Source: Caecitellus pseudoparvulus (lineage: Eukaryota; Protista; Bigyra: Bicosoecida). Taken from it: a stretch of 64,000 nt of DNA. The stretch lies in contig CBFFRQ010000069.1 in NCBI GenBank assembly GCA_965644315.1, forward strand, positions 682,001 to 746,000, given 5' to 3'. The translations under genes were made by a program, and so were the position numbers. Under the pieces are notes generated by a model. That model ran no database searches. It was not told the origin of the DNA and was given only the letters and a program-made list of their open reading frames with translations. Shown here piece by piece: positions 45,082 through 56,732 of this stretch (positions within the stretch are counted from its first letter, which is position 1; every line of letters begins with the position of its first letter).

Positions 45082-46851
45082 ATGGCGTCTGAAGACATGA
45101 AGGGTGTGGGGCTTCCCACAAGCGTGGATGTGCGGGAGTTGCTGGAGGCTGGGACACGGTACAGTGGCTCGGATGCAGCAACACCTGCGCCGGCAGCCGT
45201 GTCTGTTCCGGTGGAAGTGATGCGCCTGCACCACGTTCGGGGCCTGAAGCGCAAAGTGCAGGCGTTGTGTGCTGATCATGGGGTTAAGCTCAAGTCTGCG
45301 GCGTACGAGAGGTGGCTGTTCGTGCAGAGCAGGGCCACACCGGGAGGTGGCGGGGAACCAATTTCCGCGTCAGACCCGCTCATTCCATGCCAGCAGAGCC
45401 TGGACGGCTTGAGCCAGGAGCTGCAGGCGCTCGGCATACCACCCACACGCATTGAATCCTTTGGGGAGGGCTTCCTGCGCGCCGCTTCCAAGGGCATTGT
45501 GGCTGTAAAGCAAGCCACAGCCGTGCCTCCCCCTGCGCGGCTGGTGCAGGTGCACCTGGTGCCTCTCGCAAAGCCAGGCGCCACGCAGCAGGTGGCGCTG
45601 TCGTGGGGCAAAGCCCGCACGCTGTTGAACATGGTGCACTTGGCCAAGCTGTTCGTGCTGTGGACCTCGACCAAGGCCCGGGAAGGGGACACGCCAGCTG
45701 CCGGCGGCACAGAGCCGGCACCTGCCTCCCTTCCTCGCGCTCGGCAGGGCAAGGACCTGTTCATCAACATTGGCGCCGCTGCGACACCCTCCTTGGAGGG
45801 GGGTTCCACGGCCGTGCAGCGGGTGGTGGCGGCGGCCAAGGCGCACATTGCAGCTGTGGCTAGCACTGCCCGAGAGCGCAGACCAGCTGGGCAGACACAC
45901 ACCCGCCGCGAGGCAGTGGACCCCGCCTGCGTAGACCTCGCGGCAGCAGCGCGCGATCAGGATTTCCTCAGCCATGCCATGGCGCTGAGCCTGCGCTACG
46001 AAGGCCTGGCGGGGGGCGGCTTCCAAGCGGCTTGCCCTGCGCCAGTGTTTGCCTTCCTGCACTCTGCACTGGGCGTGAGCATGGAGTGCTTTGCCTCCCC
46101 TATGAACTGCCGCTTCCCAACCTTCACCAGCGCCTTCCCCGACACTGACCGGCCCTTCGGCTCCCTCGGCTCCTTTTTCAGCTGGCACCCTACCGAGGGC
46201 AGTTTCGAGGCAAACCCGCCCTTTGTCCCGGAACTCATGGCAGACATGGCTGTGCACATTGAGCGACTGCTGGCCAGCTCCAACAAAGCGCTGTCGTTTG
46301 TCGTTGTCATGCCGGCCTGGACGAAGGGCGATGCGTGGCGCACGCTGAGTGGCTCGACGTTTCGCCGCACCCACGTGCTGCTGGCTCAGCGTGACCACGG
46401 GTACACCGAGGGCAGCCAGCAGTGGCGCCGGTCCAAGCACCGGGTGTCTACCTGTGACACATCTGTTTTTGTGCTGCAAACGCCGGCCGGGGCGCGGCGG
46501 TGGCCGGTGGGCAGTGACTTTGAGCCGCTCCTGCGCGCTGCGTTCGTGTCGCAGCACGAAACAGTGCAGCAGCGCAAAGAGCGCAAGGCCGCAGCTGCTG
46601 CAGCCGTGCCTGACGAACAGTCCGAAAGTGAATCGGACGAAGGCAGTGAGGCAGGCAGCGATGTCCAGGCAGACGAGCCTGCAGAGGCAGAGCGCGCGGC
46701 AGTGGCGCAGCTGCCTGCGCCTGCACCCCTCGGCGGCTCCAAGCGCTCCCGGAAGCAGCAGCGCAAGAAGCGCAGCGGCAAACGCCGCAAGGCGCCTGCA
46801 CCCAGTGGGAGCGCGAATTTCGCTGCATTGATGGCGAAGCAAAGCAAGTGA
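45082..46851 (+). CDS. PCIF1: PCIF1/CAPAM cap-specific adenosine N6-methyltransferase-like
   Basis: ATG 45082. EVMR..LKRK..LC..YERWL..DPLIP helical part; GFQAA.P, ECFASPMN, SAFPDTD.PFGSLG.F and GSFEANPPF. Confidence 0.9.
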   Translation: MASEDMKGVGLPTSVDVRELLEAGTRYSGSDAATPAPAAVSVPVEVMRLHHVRGLKRKVQALCADHGVKLKSAAYERWLFVQSRATPGGGGEPISASDPLIPCQQSLDGLSQELQALGIPPTRIESFGEGFLRAASKGIVAVKQATAVPPPARLVQVHLVPLAKPGATQQVALSWGKARTLLNMVHLAKLFVLWTSTKAREGDTPAAGGTEPAPASLPRARQGKDLFINIGAAATPSLEGGSTAVQRVVAAAKAHIAAVASTARERRPAGQTHTRREAVDPACVDLAAAARDQDFLSHAMALSLRYEGLAGGGFQAACPAPVFAFLHSALGVSMECFASPMNCRFPTFTSAFPDTDRPFGSLGSFFSWHPTEGSFEANPPFVPELMADMAVHIERLLASSNKALSFVVVMPAWTKGDAWRTLSGSTFRRTHVLLAQRDHGYTEGSQQWRRSKHRVSTCDTSVFVLQTPAGARRWPVGSDFEPLLRAAFVSQHETVQQRKERKAAAAAAVPDEQSESESDEGSEAGSDVQADEPAEAERAAVAQLPAPAPLGGSKRSRKQQRKKRSGKRRKAPAPSGSANFAALMAKQSK

Positions 46852-46921
46852 AACACAGGGACCAGCAGCGCACAGCAGCGAACAGCCGCTGATGTGTCAT
46901 CGCAGTGGGGGGGGGGGCGGC

Positions 46922-48337
46922 CTACTCCTCCTCAGATGCCTGCTGCAGCGCGTGCAGGTGCACCAAGTGGTCCACCATCTTCTCCAAGTGTGCCACCCGT
47001 GCCTGTAGGTCCTCGTTGGAACTGCTGGACAGCACCTCACCCCGGGGGCCCGTGGCAGCTGCCATGAACAGCGCCTGGGATGCCGCCTGCAGGGAGTTGG
47101 AGCTAGTTTTGCGTGGCTTGGCAGCCGGTGACGGCGGCGGCGCCTTGGCGCTGGTGTCAGCAGGGGGCGAATCCACCGTCACGCCACCTGCAGCCGCTAC
47201 CGTAGCGTCAGCCATGGCCTCCTCGGCCAAATCCCGCAGCACAGCGTTGCGGGCGGCGTTGATGTCCTCTGTGATGATGGGGGAGTCGCTGTCAGGGACA
47301 CCCACGTCTTCCTCCCGGATGGGGTACCCGTGTCCAATGAGCGCCGCCTCCTGCGGGGTCAGGGTGAGTGACTCGACGGGGAAGGCGGGCTGCACGCCCA
47401 TGTCAGCGGCAGGCAACTCCGCCCTGTGCTGGTGGAAGAACAATTCATACGCCGCGACGGCCCGGGAGCCCTTGAAGGACAGCACCTTGGCGCCCGTGAA
47501 GAGGGACAGGGTGGGCAGGCGCTCGGCACCCATCTTGTCGCAGAAGGCTTCGTGGGCGGGGCTGGCGGAGCACTGCACCTCCATGAAGTGCACGCGGCCC
47601 TTGAAGAAGGTGGCGCCAGCCTCGAACCCGCGCTTCATCTTGAAGCAGTGCGCGCACCACGGCTCGAAGGCCTTCACGAACACCGCCTGGTTCGTCCGGT
47701 CGATGAGCTCGTACAGCGCATCCTCGCTGGTGAACTGCTGCACGTCTGCCGGGTCGCCTGCCACGCCACGCAGGCGCATGTACCGCACCAGATTGGCCAC
47801 CGTCAGTGGCATGCGGAACTCCTCTGTGGGCGGGGGCAGGAGGGAGGGTTCAGGCGGGAAGGCAGAGCGACGGCACAGCTCACGCACCGATGCCGTCTTC
47901 TCGGGTGCGCACGAAGACGTGCACAGCTTGCTGCAGGTTGGCCTGTTTCGCCGCACGCGCATTGCTGCGGGCCTTCGTGTCGCACTTGAAGAAGTCAAAG
48001 CGCTCCACACGCTGCGGCGGGTCAGTGCAGCGAGGTGACGCGGCCATCACACGCGTTTCAGCACTGCACGCCCTCCTCACCTTCTCCACCTCCTCCACGA
48101 CAGACAGCGCTGCCTCATACTCGGGGACATCTGCATTATAAAACACTGTCACCTGCGCAAGTCTTCCGGCGATGGGCGTGGCGAGGGAGCAGCCAGGCGC
48201 GGCAGCAGGCCGACGACGGTGCCTGCGGAAATAGGACGCACCACTGGACCATTCAAAGCCTTGATGCGCCCGAAAGACTGCTCCTTGATGCCCACCACAG
48301 CCGTCAAGAGACATGCTAGTGTGATGAGGCGGTGCAT
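46922..48337 (-). CDS. Secreted PDI-like thioredoxin protein (WCAHC)
   Basis: Signal peptide MHRLITLACLLTAVVG; three GT-AG introns; VFVKAFEPWCAHC..F..GA..C...FC...PTL.LF. Confidence 0.8.
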
Positions 48338-48775
48338 GGCTCGAGAACCGGCGGCGCGCGCTGCTCACGTGCTGAAGTCAGGACCGGAGCACAGCTTGCT
48401 CTCGTGTGAAGGGTGACTGGAGGCACGCGTCGCGCCACGGACAGAGGTGGGGCACCCGGCCGTGGATAGCCAGCCGTTCAAGTGAAGCGCTGCTGTGAGT
48501 TTTGCATGTTTTGATTTCTGCGCCAGGCACACCGAAGGCTCTCGGTGCAGCCGTGGCACGCCAGCCAGTCACGCCACAAACAGTGGCCAGAGCCGTCTCA
48601 AGCCGGCTGCTGCACGGGTGTCCCAAGCACAACCCAACGGCCCTCAGAACATGTGAAGGCACTCAATGTCTACTTTTGCGCCTGTTCTGCCTCGGACAGC
48701 TAACTGCAAGGCCTCACGCTCACCCCAACGCGGCTCGCTGCCTGGAGCTGTCGCCGCGACTGGCTCCAACCTGCC

Positions 48776-49291
48776 ATGGATTGTGAGTGCTGCCACGCCG
48801 CCCACAGGCCCTCTCACGCACACACAAGCACGCGATTACCTGAATATGCCCCATTTTCCGTTGCAGTGGGCCCGCTGGCCATCACCTTCATCTTCATTGG
48901 GGCTGGCCTGCTGCTGTCGCTGGTGCTGCTGCTTGTGTTGCGCTTTGCCTGTCCCCGGGACGAATTTGACGACGTAGACAGCGATGACGAGGAGGACAGA
49001 CCTCTCACAACTGCACCTGCAGACACAACAGTGCAGTCCGGCTCAGCTGCGGCACCAGCTGGGTCCTGGGCCGTGACAGGAGCCGCCGACGTGGAAGCGG
49101 GCACAGAAACGCCCAGCTCCGGGTCGGCAAGCGCACCTCCAAGCTCCCCGGAAAAAAGCGCGGCAGAGAAGAGCGGGAGTGAGGCGCAGGAAGCCACTGC
49201 CCTTGCTCCCGTTGCGTCAACGACTGATGAGCCTAGCCAACACACAGACGCCAAGGGCGCGCACAGAGCCCAGGTGGTTCCAAGCGCTTGA
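48776..49291 (+). CDS. Small single-pass membrane protein
   Basis: ATG GAT T|GTGAGT..TTGCAG|TG gives MDLGPLAITFIFIGAGLLLSLVLLLVLRFAC followed by an acidic, disordered tail. Confidence 0.65.
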   Translation: MDCECCHAAHRPSHAHTSTRLPEYAPFSVAVGPLAITFIFIGAGLLLSLVLLLVLRFACPRDEFDDVDSDDEEDRPLTTAPADTTVQSGSAAAPAGSWAVTGAADVEAGTETPSSGSASAPPSSPEKSAAEKSGSEAQEATALAPVASTTDEPSQHTDAKGAHRAQVVPSA

Positions 49292-49649
49292 TGCCTGGCC
49301 AGGCAACGCTTGCACACCAGGGCCCACCCACGCCACAGGCAAGGCGGGCCCTGCACAGAACGGTCACCTATAGCCTGTCACTTGGACAGGTGGGCAGTGG
49401 CTCAGCTGGAGGTGTGGCCAGGTCCCGTGTGCCGACCTGCACAGCAGAGCAGCGCGCGGCGGCTGCTCGGCACGCCAGACACACCCCGCGCCCACAATTC
49501 ACTGGCTCTCTGTGCGTCACGGAAAACACGGGTCTGGCTGTGGACACGCGCCACTGCGCCCTCAACCTGCGAGCTGACGGCGGCCAGCGCTCCAGTGCAA
49601 GTCGCACCACCCGCCGAAGCAGCCGAACCCACACCGGCAAGACGCAGGC

Positions 49650-52589
49650 ATGCCTGTGCAGCACATGGCAGGGGGTGCTGACAGCGCGCCTCGCATCTTC
49701 GTGCGAGACCGTTCCGGCCCTGTGAAGTCCAAAGTCCCCAGTCGCGTCGTGCGACAGGCCAAGGCAGGGGGCAGGGTGCAGGTGAGTGAAGCTGTCGCAG
49801 CGACGGGAAACGCTGCAGTCACATTGCGAGCCCCGGCACCGACACAGGGAGCGGCCACAGACACACTGCGTAGTCTGCAGTTGGAAGCGGCGTTGGAGAG
49901 CGATGCAGCTGCTCGGGAGAAGCGTGCCGCGCGGGCACAGCGCCGGGCCGCCCGTTTCGCCGCCACCGGGCCTGGCCTAGCCCAGCAACTGGCGACGGAA
50001 GGCAGCCCTGGCACCGAGCCGCCGGGGCCAGCGCCGACACCGACGCCGTCCGCCTGGGCCACCACCATGCAAGGCCTGAGCAAGTCTGCCCTGAGAGGCT
50101 TCAGCTCGTCCCTGCCGCTGGGCAGCACAGGGCCTCAGTCCCCGCTGACCACTCGGGCCGCGACAGCAGGCCCGCATGGCACCACTGCCGGTCCTGGGCG
50201 GTCTGGCCTGCGCACAGGGGGCCTGCACGCGACCTCCTCATCCCGGGCAGGTGGCAGTGCGCCCCAGGGCAGCTTGCGGTCTGCTCAGTCAGGCCCCCCC
50301 CCCCGCACCTCCTCCCCAGCACTGGGCGACACGTCCCCACCGCTGCGACACAGGGCCGTGCCGTGGCGGGGAGGCGGCGTGCGCACGGGGCCACTGGCCA
50401 CTCACGCAGAGGCAGAGCTGCCCGACACGCTGGCCGCTGTGCAGCAGGGTGGGGGCGACCTCCTGGCCTCGTACCGGTCAAGGGGTGACGGGACGTCCCC
50501 AGGGGGGCAGCAGGGGCAGGGGCCTGACGCCGGCATGGACGCCGTGTCCCGCATGCGCCTGCTGGCCTCCTCCAACAAGGCGTGTGTGGTGGCGAGGCAG
50601 GAGCTGGAGCAGCCCAGGACTCTCCTGGTGCCTGCTCGGGCGGCGCGGTCGGGTGGGGGCGTCGGCCTACCTCGCAAGGTGGACGCCCTGAACACGCCGG
50701 CAGACGTGTTGAAGTTCAAGTGGGGCTACTCGGACGCCCAGATCCGGCGCATGCGGCGGCAGCAGGAGCAGGAACGCGACCGGCGCCGAGCCTACCTGAG
50801 CCAGCGAGCCAGCCTGTCAGCGGAGGAGGTGCAGGCACGCAAGGAGCAGTACTTCCGTGCCAAGACCTCTGCGGCAGAGGCGCGGGACCAGAAGGCCGAG
50901 CTGGAGTTCAAGCGCAACCTGCGGCACCTGGAGCGCGCCCACGGCATCGCTGCGGAATTTGAGGAGAAGCACATCAAGCCGTTTGAGGAGGGCGAGAAGC
51001 AGCGCAAGCAGCGCCTGCTGGCGGACTGGTCTGCCAAGGTGTACGAGCCGATGCAGACCGCCGTGAACCAGCACGTCACCCGCAAGCCCCTGGCAGACAT
51101 CGTGGCGGGGCGGGCGGCGCAGCTGCAGGAGTACTTGGACGTCACCAACACCCGGGCAGTGTTCAGCTCCACGCGGGACCCCACGTACAACCCGAAGCTG
51201 GACAAGGCGGAGCACACCGTGCGGGTGCCACGCCTGGTGGACCCCCTCAAGCAGCAGCTGGGGACGGGGGGGGGCTCCCGCCCTGCCACACCCCCCCCCA
51301 CGGCCTCCGATGAGGACACCCTCACAGCCCTGCGCACAGCTGCCATGGCTGGCGCCACGTCCACCCACCGCGCCATCTCAGCTGGCCGCATCGCGCTGTC
51401 CTTCGGCGGCGTGCCGCCCTCGGCAGAGGGGGGGGGGCGCCAGGGGGGGGACAGGGAGGGGGGACCCCGCCGCTCCCCCTCTCCGGATGGATGGGACGGC
51501 CCCGAGGGAGACCTGGCCGACCGCATCCGACGTGCCCACAGGGCGGCACCCAAGCACGCCCGGTGGACACTGGCGCCGGAGCTGTGGCACGCCGGCGTCA
51601 TCCAGGACACGCACTATGTGAAGACGTATGCCACGTTGGGGGGTGGGCTGTACGCGCCAGACCACCCCTCCGTGAAGGCCTTGGCGGGGCAGCAACTGTC
51701 CCAAGCCGACGCCCACAGGGAGCGAGTGCTGCCTGACTGGTACGATGTCAGCGGCGACAGGGCGGCGGAGGTGGCGGCCGAGGAGGCGGTGGCGCTGGGC
51801 AAGACACGCCGCGACGCGCAGGTGGTAGCGGCCAGGGGCGGCCGCCCCCGCCGCACCAGCACCGCTCTGCAGTCCCCTGGCATACAGCAGGCACTGGCTG
51901 CCACCTCTGCGCCGGGAGCGCCCCAGGAGGGCTCCTTCGCCAGCCGCCGCCCGTCACGAGGGCTGGGCGACGGCGCACATGCCTCCCTGGGCGTCACGCA
52001 GGCGATGCGGGCAGGGGAGCGGCCAGGCACCCCGCCGCCCGCGCCAGGGGTGCGTGTGCGGGGGGATGGCGTGCAGCCGGAGGCTCTGCGCCGGGGTGTG
52101 GGTGCGGCAGAGGCTGTGCACGTGGGCAGCCACCCAACCACCACCGCCAAGCTCAGCGGCTTCCACGCACCCCCCCGCGGCGGCGGCGGCACGGTGCGGT
52201 CCCGCTCTCCCGAAGTGCAGGCAGCACTGAGTGTCAGTGCCAATGTCTCGTCTGAGGCTTTTGCGGCGAGCTTGCCGAAGCCCCGGCGCAGCAAGGCCAC
52301 GCACCCCATCGCGCAGCGCGTTTCGTCGAGCGTTTCGGCAAACATGTCCCAAGTCATGGCCAGCGACGCACGGCCAGGCGAGCCCCAGGCGGAGTTCAAG
52401 TTCCAGCGCCGGCAAGCAAGTGGCCCTGGGCACTCTCGCCTGAGCACTGGCGCGCTGGGCGCCCTGCAGCCGCCGGCAGACACTCAGCAAGGCGGGTACG
52501 ACACTGCCACGGCCAGCGCACAGCCAGGCACGCACGTGCAGCTGTCGCTGTCCACGCGGCGCAGCGGGAACTTGGACCGCTTCGGCTGA
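49650..52589 (+). CDS. FAM228-like protein with long disordered flanks
   Basis: Central RKQRLLADW..KVYEPMQ..QEYLDVTN..VF...DPTYNP..VRVPRLVDPLK resembles FAM228A/B. Confidence 0.6.
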   Translation: MPVQHMAGGADSAPRIFVRDRSGPVKSKVPSRVVRQAKAGGRVQVSEAVAATGNAAVTLRAPAPTQGAATDTLRSLQLEAALESDAAAREKRAARAQRRAARFAATGPGLAQQLATEGSPGTEPPGPAPTPTPSAWATTMQGLSKSALRGFSSSLPLGSTGPQSPLTTRAATAGPHGTTAGPGRSGLRTGGLHATSSSRAGGSAPQGSLRSAQSGPPPRTSSPALGDTSPPLRHRAVPWRGGGVRTGPLATHAEAELPDTLAAVQQGGGDLLASYRSRGDGTSPGGQQGQGPDAGMDAVSRMRLLASSNKACVVARQELEQPRTLLVPARAARSGGGVGLPRKVDALNTPADVLKFKWGYSDAQIRRMRRQQEQERDRRRAYLSQRASLSAEEVQARKEQYFRAKTSAAEARDQKAELEFKRNLRHLERAHGIAAEFEEKHIKPFEEGEKQRKQRLLADWSAKVYEPMQTAVNQHVTRKPLADIVAGRAAQLQEYLDVTNTRAVFSSTRDPTYNPKLDKAEHTVRVPRLVDPLKQQLGTGGGSRPATPPPTASDEDTLTALRTAAMAGATSTHRAISAGRIALSFGGVPPSAEGGGRQGGDREGGPRRSPSPDGWDGPEGDLADRIRRAHRAAPKHARWTLAPELWHAGVIQDTHYVKTYATLGGGLYAPDHPSVKALAGQQLSQADAHRERVLPDWYDVSGDRAAEVAAEEAVALGKTRRDAQVVAARGGRPRRTSTALQSPGIQQALAATSAPGAPQEGSFASRRPSRGLGDGAHASLGVTQAMRAGERPGTPPPAPGVRVRGDGVQPEALRRGVGAAEAVHVGSHPTTTAKLSGFHAPPRGGGGTVRSRSPEVQAALSVSANVSSEAFAASLPKPRRSKATHPIAQRVSSSVSANMSQVMASDARPGEPQAEFKFQRRQASGPGHSRLSTGALGALQPPADTQQGGYDTATASAQPGTHVQLSLSTRRSGNLDRFG

Positions 52590-52680
52590 TGGCAGTGCAT
52601 TGAGACAGGGGACACAGTGCGCATAATTCACACTCGCACGCCACGGCCGGAGCAGGGCAGCGCCCCGCCTGCGTGGCGGG

Positions 52681-54615
52681 TCACTCGGCCGCCATGCGCT
52701 GCCGCAGCGCCGCCACGTGCCGCTCCACGTCCCCGTCCAAGTCCGACAGCACGCTCTCCAAATGCGCATCGGGTTTGGACGCCTGGGCACTCGGTCCGTA
52801 CATGTGACGGCGAGGGTCTGAGCCGCCAGGCGGGCCGGCGTGTTGTGTTTGGCGTGCAGAGCGCAGCAAGCTGGTGGTGGTGTTGGCTGGCCCGGGTGAG
52901 CTGTGCACACGGGCGCCCTCTGGCTGCCCAAAGGCGCCGTGCAGCTCCCCTTGCAAGCCTTGACTGCGCATGCCTGCCAGGGCTTCGGCATTTGCGCGCT
53001 GGGCGTCATCGCGGGAAGGCAGGTGTGGGGAGCGCAGAGGCGAGCCGCGTTGCTGCGGCACCCCCCCTGCGCCTGGCACAGAAGGGGGGTTCCGGCGCGG
53101 CCGATTGGGGGACGCCGACCTGCCCATGCGAGCAGTCATGACGCTGTCCAGGGCGTCCGACGCCATCACCGCAGCCTCCGCCACCGCCGCTTGCGGGGCG
53201 CTCGACGTTTCACTCGCCGGCGCGAAACGCCGGCTGGTGTCAGGGCCTCGGCGCGAGGGGGCCGGCGCCAGCGCTGCCGGGCTGGGCGGCGCCAGGGCTG
53301 CCTGCCCCTCCTGCCTGCGCCGTGCCTGTCCACTGGCCAGGTGCAGTGACTGGTCGATGCCTTTGGCCATGTCGTCCATGTGCGTGAAGTGGCCTGCCAG
53401 GGAGGCGGCGGAGTGGGTGAGGGGGGGCACCGCCTGCATACCGGCGTGGGCGGCGCCGGTGGCGTGGGTGGGCGTGCCGCCGCGGGCGACGTGGGCGGTG
53501 GACCGCGTAATACGCTCCACCACCCGCTCGTCCGTATTCCGCTCCCCGTCCGCGCGAGGGGGGCCCGACGCCTCCCCCCCCTGCAGGCTGTGCAGCAGGC
53601 GAGTCAGCACGCTCTGCATGGCCTCGGCCTCAGGGGAGCCGGGTGCGCCACCACCACCGCTGCCGCCCTGCCCCCCCGCTTGTGGTGCAGGGGCTGCCAC
53701 AGGGAAGGCGTGGGGGGGGCGGACAGGGGGGGGTGGTGAGGCGCCCTGGTCCACCGGCGCAATGCGGGACGGGGCGCCGTCGCGACCCCGGCTGCGACCT
53801 CGGCTGCGACCCCGACTGCGACCCCGACTGCGCGACCGTTGGGCGGGGTGTTCCGCGACGTCCGAGTCACCTCGGAACACGAAGTGGGACGGAACTGTCT
53901 GGCCGGGGCGGCGGGGGCTGCTGGCTCGCCCGCGGGAGGGGCTGCCCCCCCCTCGACGAGGGGTGTACCCCCCCCCCTGCCCGTACCCTGACGAGGCCAC
54001 GGAACCCCCCCCCCTCCGGGAGCGCTGGCTGGAAGTGGACCGGCGTGATCCCACACTGCCGGAGGGTGACACAGCCCGGCCCCCGCCGCCCCCCCCCGGG
54101 GCGAAGGTGTGCCGGGGAAGGGGGGTGGCATCCCCCCCTGCCCCCCCCCTATCCGGGTCCAACTTCACCCAGGGGTTCTCCACCTTCAACAGGGGGCGGC
54201 CCCTGATGCGCTCGGGGGGTGCGAACTCGTCAGGCGGCAGGGTGGGCGGGGGCCCCCCACTGCCCCCCAAGCGCCGGGGGCGGGCCTTGCTGTGGCGCAC
54301 GGCGTTGCGCGCCTCCATGAACGTCTCTGCGGTGCGCCAGATGCGCTCCCGGAAACCCTCGGTTGGCGTGTAGGCCAGGCGTTCCCACGGCGGCAGGCGG
54401 GAAGCCTCCACTGCGCCCTGCGCCGCAGCCGAGTCAGCAGCGCGCTGTTCCAGGAAGTTCGTGTCTCTGGGGTGTGCGCAGGGAGGAGGGGGGGGGTGGC
54501 GTGGCAGCTCCCGTCGCGACGGCGAGGCGGCGCGCTGCAAGCTGCAGTGCCGGTGTCGCGTGCGGCGACGGCGGGACACTCACAGTGTGTCGTCATCGCG
54601 CGCCAGACGAGCCAT
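52681..54615 (-). CDS. R/S/G/P-rich disordered protein, unknown function
   Basis: ATG 54615 (MARLARDDDTL) joined by a GTGAGT..CCCAG intron to DTNFLEQ of ORF 52681-54579. Confidence 0.65.
53781..53837. repeat. 12-nt coding tandem repeat (RSRG)n
   Basis: About 4 copies of cgacc(c/t)cg(g/a)ctg, encoding RSRGRSRGRSRGRSRG on the minus strand. Confidence 0.8.
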
Positions 54616-55122
54616 ACTGCTGGGACTGAGGGGAATCCTGGGGGAGTTGTTCGAGGGGGTGGCTACTTCGCTGCACCTGCTGCTGCGCCGCGGTGCGCGG
54701 TGCAGACTTCCGCCTGCGGCAATTGAACCTGGCACACTGCAGCCTACGCTGCCGACGCAGGGCAGGCGGTGCGAGAGGGTGGACTAGGGGAGGAGGGCGC
54801 GCAGAGCACGCCGGAGTCGGGTTTGGAGTGTGGCAGTCGAAGGCCACTGCACCCACCTGCTCCTGGCGGGCGGGGTACGCCTGGGCCCTGCTGCGCCTGC
54901 CGCGGTGCAGATAAGATCAGGTGTGGATAGGGCACAAGCAGCAGTGGTCCTTGCCGCTCAAAACCTGCCCACAGCACACTAGGTGTGCACGCCAGACTCC
55001 CACAGCCCTTGGGCCCCCTGCAGCCGCGCCCGTGCCGCTTCGCTGGAGGCCGCTGCCGGCTGCGGTGTGGTGGAAGCCTGCGGAAATTGCGCCCGGCCTA
55101 GCTGCCTGTGCTTCCAGCTGTG

Positions 55123-56526
55123 ATGGCGGCTGTGGAGGACCTGGACCGCAGCAGGGAGAGCCTGCTGCGCGTGCTGCACCACCATGGACTGCGGCCCCTG
55201 TTTGTGGAGTTCTGCAACGCCGAGCACAACGCCGAGAACGTGGAGCTTTGGCTGGCATTGCAGCGTTTCAATGCCGCCCATGCCACGGGCGACTCGGACA
55301 AGCAGGCACGGTATGCCGGGCGCATCGTGGACACCTTCGTGCGGGAAACAGCCCCCAAACAAGTGAACATGCGGGAGGTGAGTGCTTGGGCACCCGCTCC
55401 CGCCCCTGCGCGCAGCTGCGCTGCACGCTGTGGTTTGCCTGCGCAGGAGACGCGAGGCCTGGCCAGCACGGCGCTGGAGCGGGAAGACATGGCCAGCCTG
55501 ATGACGATTTTCGAGGAGTTGGAGAACATCGCCCTGAAGGAGCTGCAGCGCGACATCCTGCCGCGCTTCCTCACCTCCAAGCAGCTGGCAGAGTACGGCG
55601 CGGGCGGCGGGCGCAGCGGCCAGACACCAGCACCGCCGTCCCCCCCCCTGGACAGCGCCAGCTCCAAGGGCGACCTGCCCCGCCCCTCCCTCCTCTCCGC
55701 CATCGGCTCGGCAGTGGCGGCTGTGCGCACGGGCGGTGCCTCGTCCGCTGCCGCTGGTGGACACGAGCGGGACCGGAGACGGTCGCAGAGCATGCTGCAT
55801 GTGGGGGCGCGGAGGGGGGGGGGGTCGGGGGGTGACACCCCGCGCCCCCTCCAGCTCTGACGGTGACGGGGGCTCTGAGGCCCCTGCCTCGGCTGGAGGG
55901 GGGTCGGAGGATGCCGGCGGGGGGAGGGCGGGTCCGCCCGGGAGCAGGTGGCGGCAGCCATGCGCAGTGGGTGGGGCGTGGGGGCGGAGGGGGGTGCCAT
56001 GGCGTCAGGTGGTGCCACGGCCCATGCGGGGGGTGGGCCCACCTCCCCGCGCCCTCACGCCACCGCCGCCGCCACCCCCGAAGCCGTCCTGGCCCTGGGC
56101 AGTAAGTTGAACAAGAAGACCCGCCTGTTCGGCATCAGCTTCAAGATGCACTCGACCGAGGACAAGAAGGCCTTCGCAGAGGTGGGGGAGTACCTCACCG
56201 CCCACTGCGTCAAGGCGGGGTACCTGTACAAGCGGGGGGACAAGAACCCCACGTGGAAACGCCGGTGGGTCATCCTGGCCCCCGGCCTCCTGGGGTACTT
56301 CGAGTCGGCGGCGGACACCGTCCCCAAGGGCGTCGTGACGCTGCGGGACATCACGGACGTGCACCCTGACGCGGCGGGGGAGCTGGAGGGCCTCCCCTTC
56401 ACCTTCTCACTCATCTCGCCACACCGGCGCTTCTACATGCAAGGCGCCAGCGAGCGAGACCTGGCGCGCTGGCTGCAAGCCGTCACTGAACAGTGGCAGG
56501 CGTCCCTGGGCGGCACGTCCCCTTGA
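55123..56526 (+). CDS. RGS + PH domain protein (frame disturbed in the G-rich linker)
   Basis: RGS: LFVEFCNAEHNAENVELW..IVDTFV..APKQVN..LKELQRDILPRFLTS, with one intron. PH: KAGYLYKRGDKNPTWKRRW.IL..PKG..RRFYMQ..W. Both domains are in the same frame but are separated by stops at 55858 onward. Confidence 0.75.
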
Positions 56527-56732
56527 CACTCCTGGCCGCGCCTGCTGTAATGTACCTTCCCCTGCGCTGCGCTGGCGGCTGTGGCTGTGCCGCGGGAAAC
56601 GCGGTTGCAACGCCGCGCCGCCATCACACTCGCCTCTCCGCCCAACTTTCCACTACCCCGCACTTCTCTGACCCCGCACGCAAGCCCCGTCGCTTCACGC
56701 GTCTGTCTAGCTCACCCCACACAGTACCCGTC

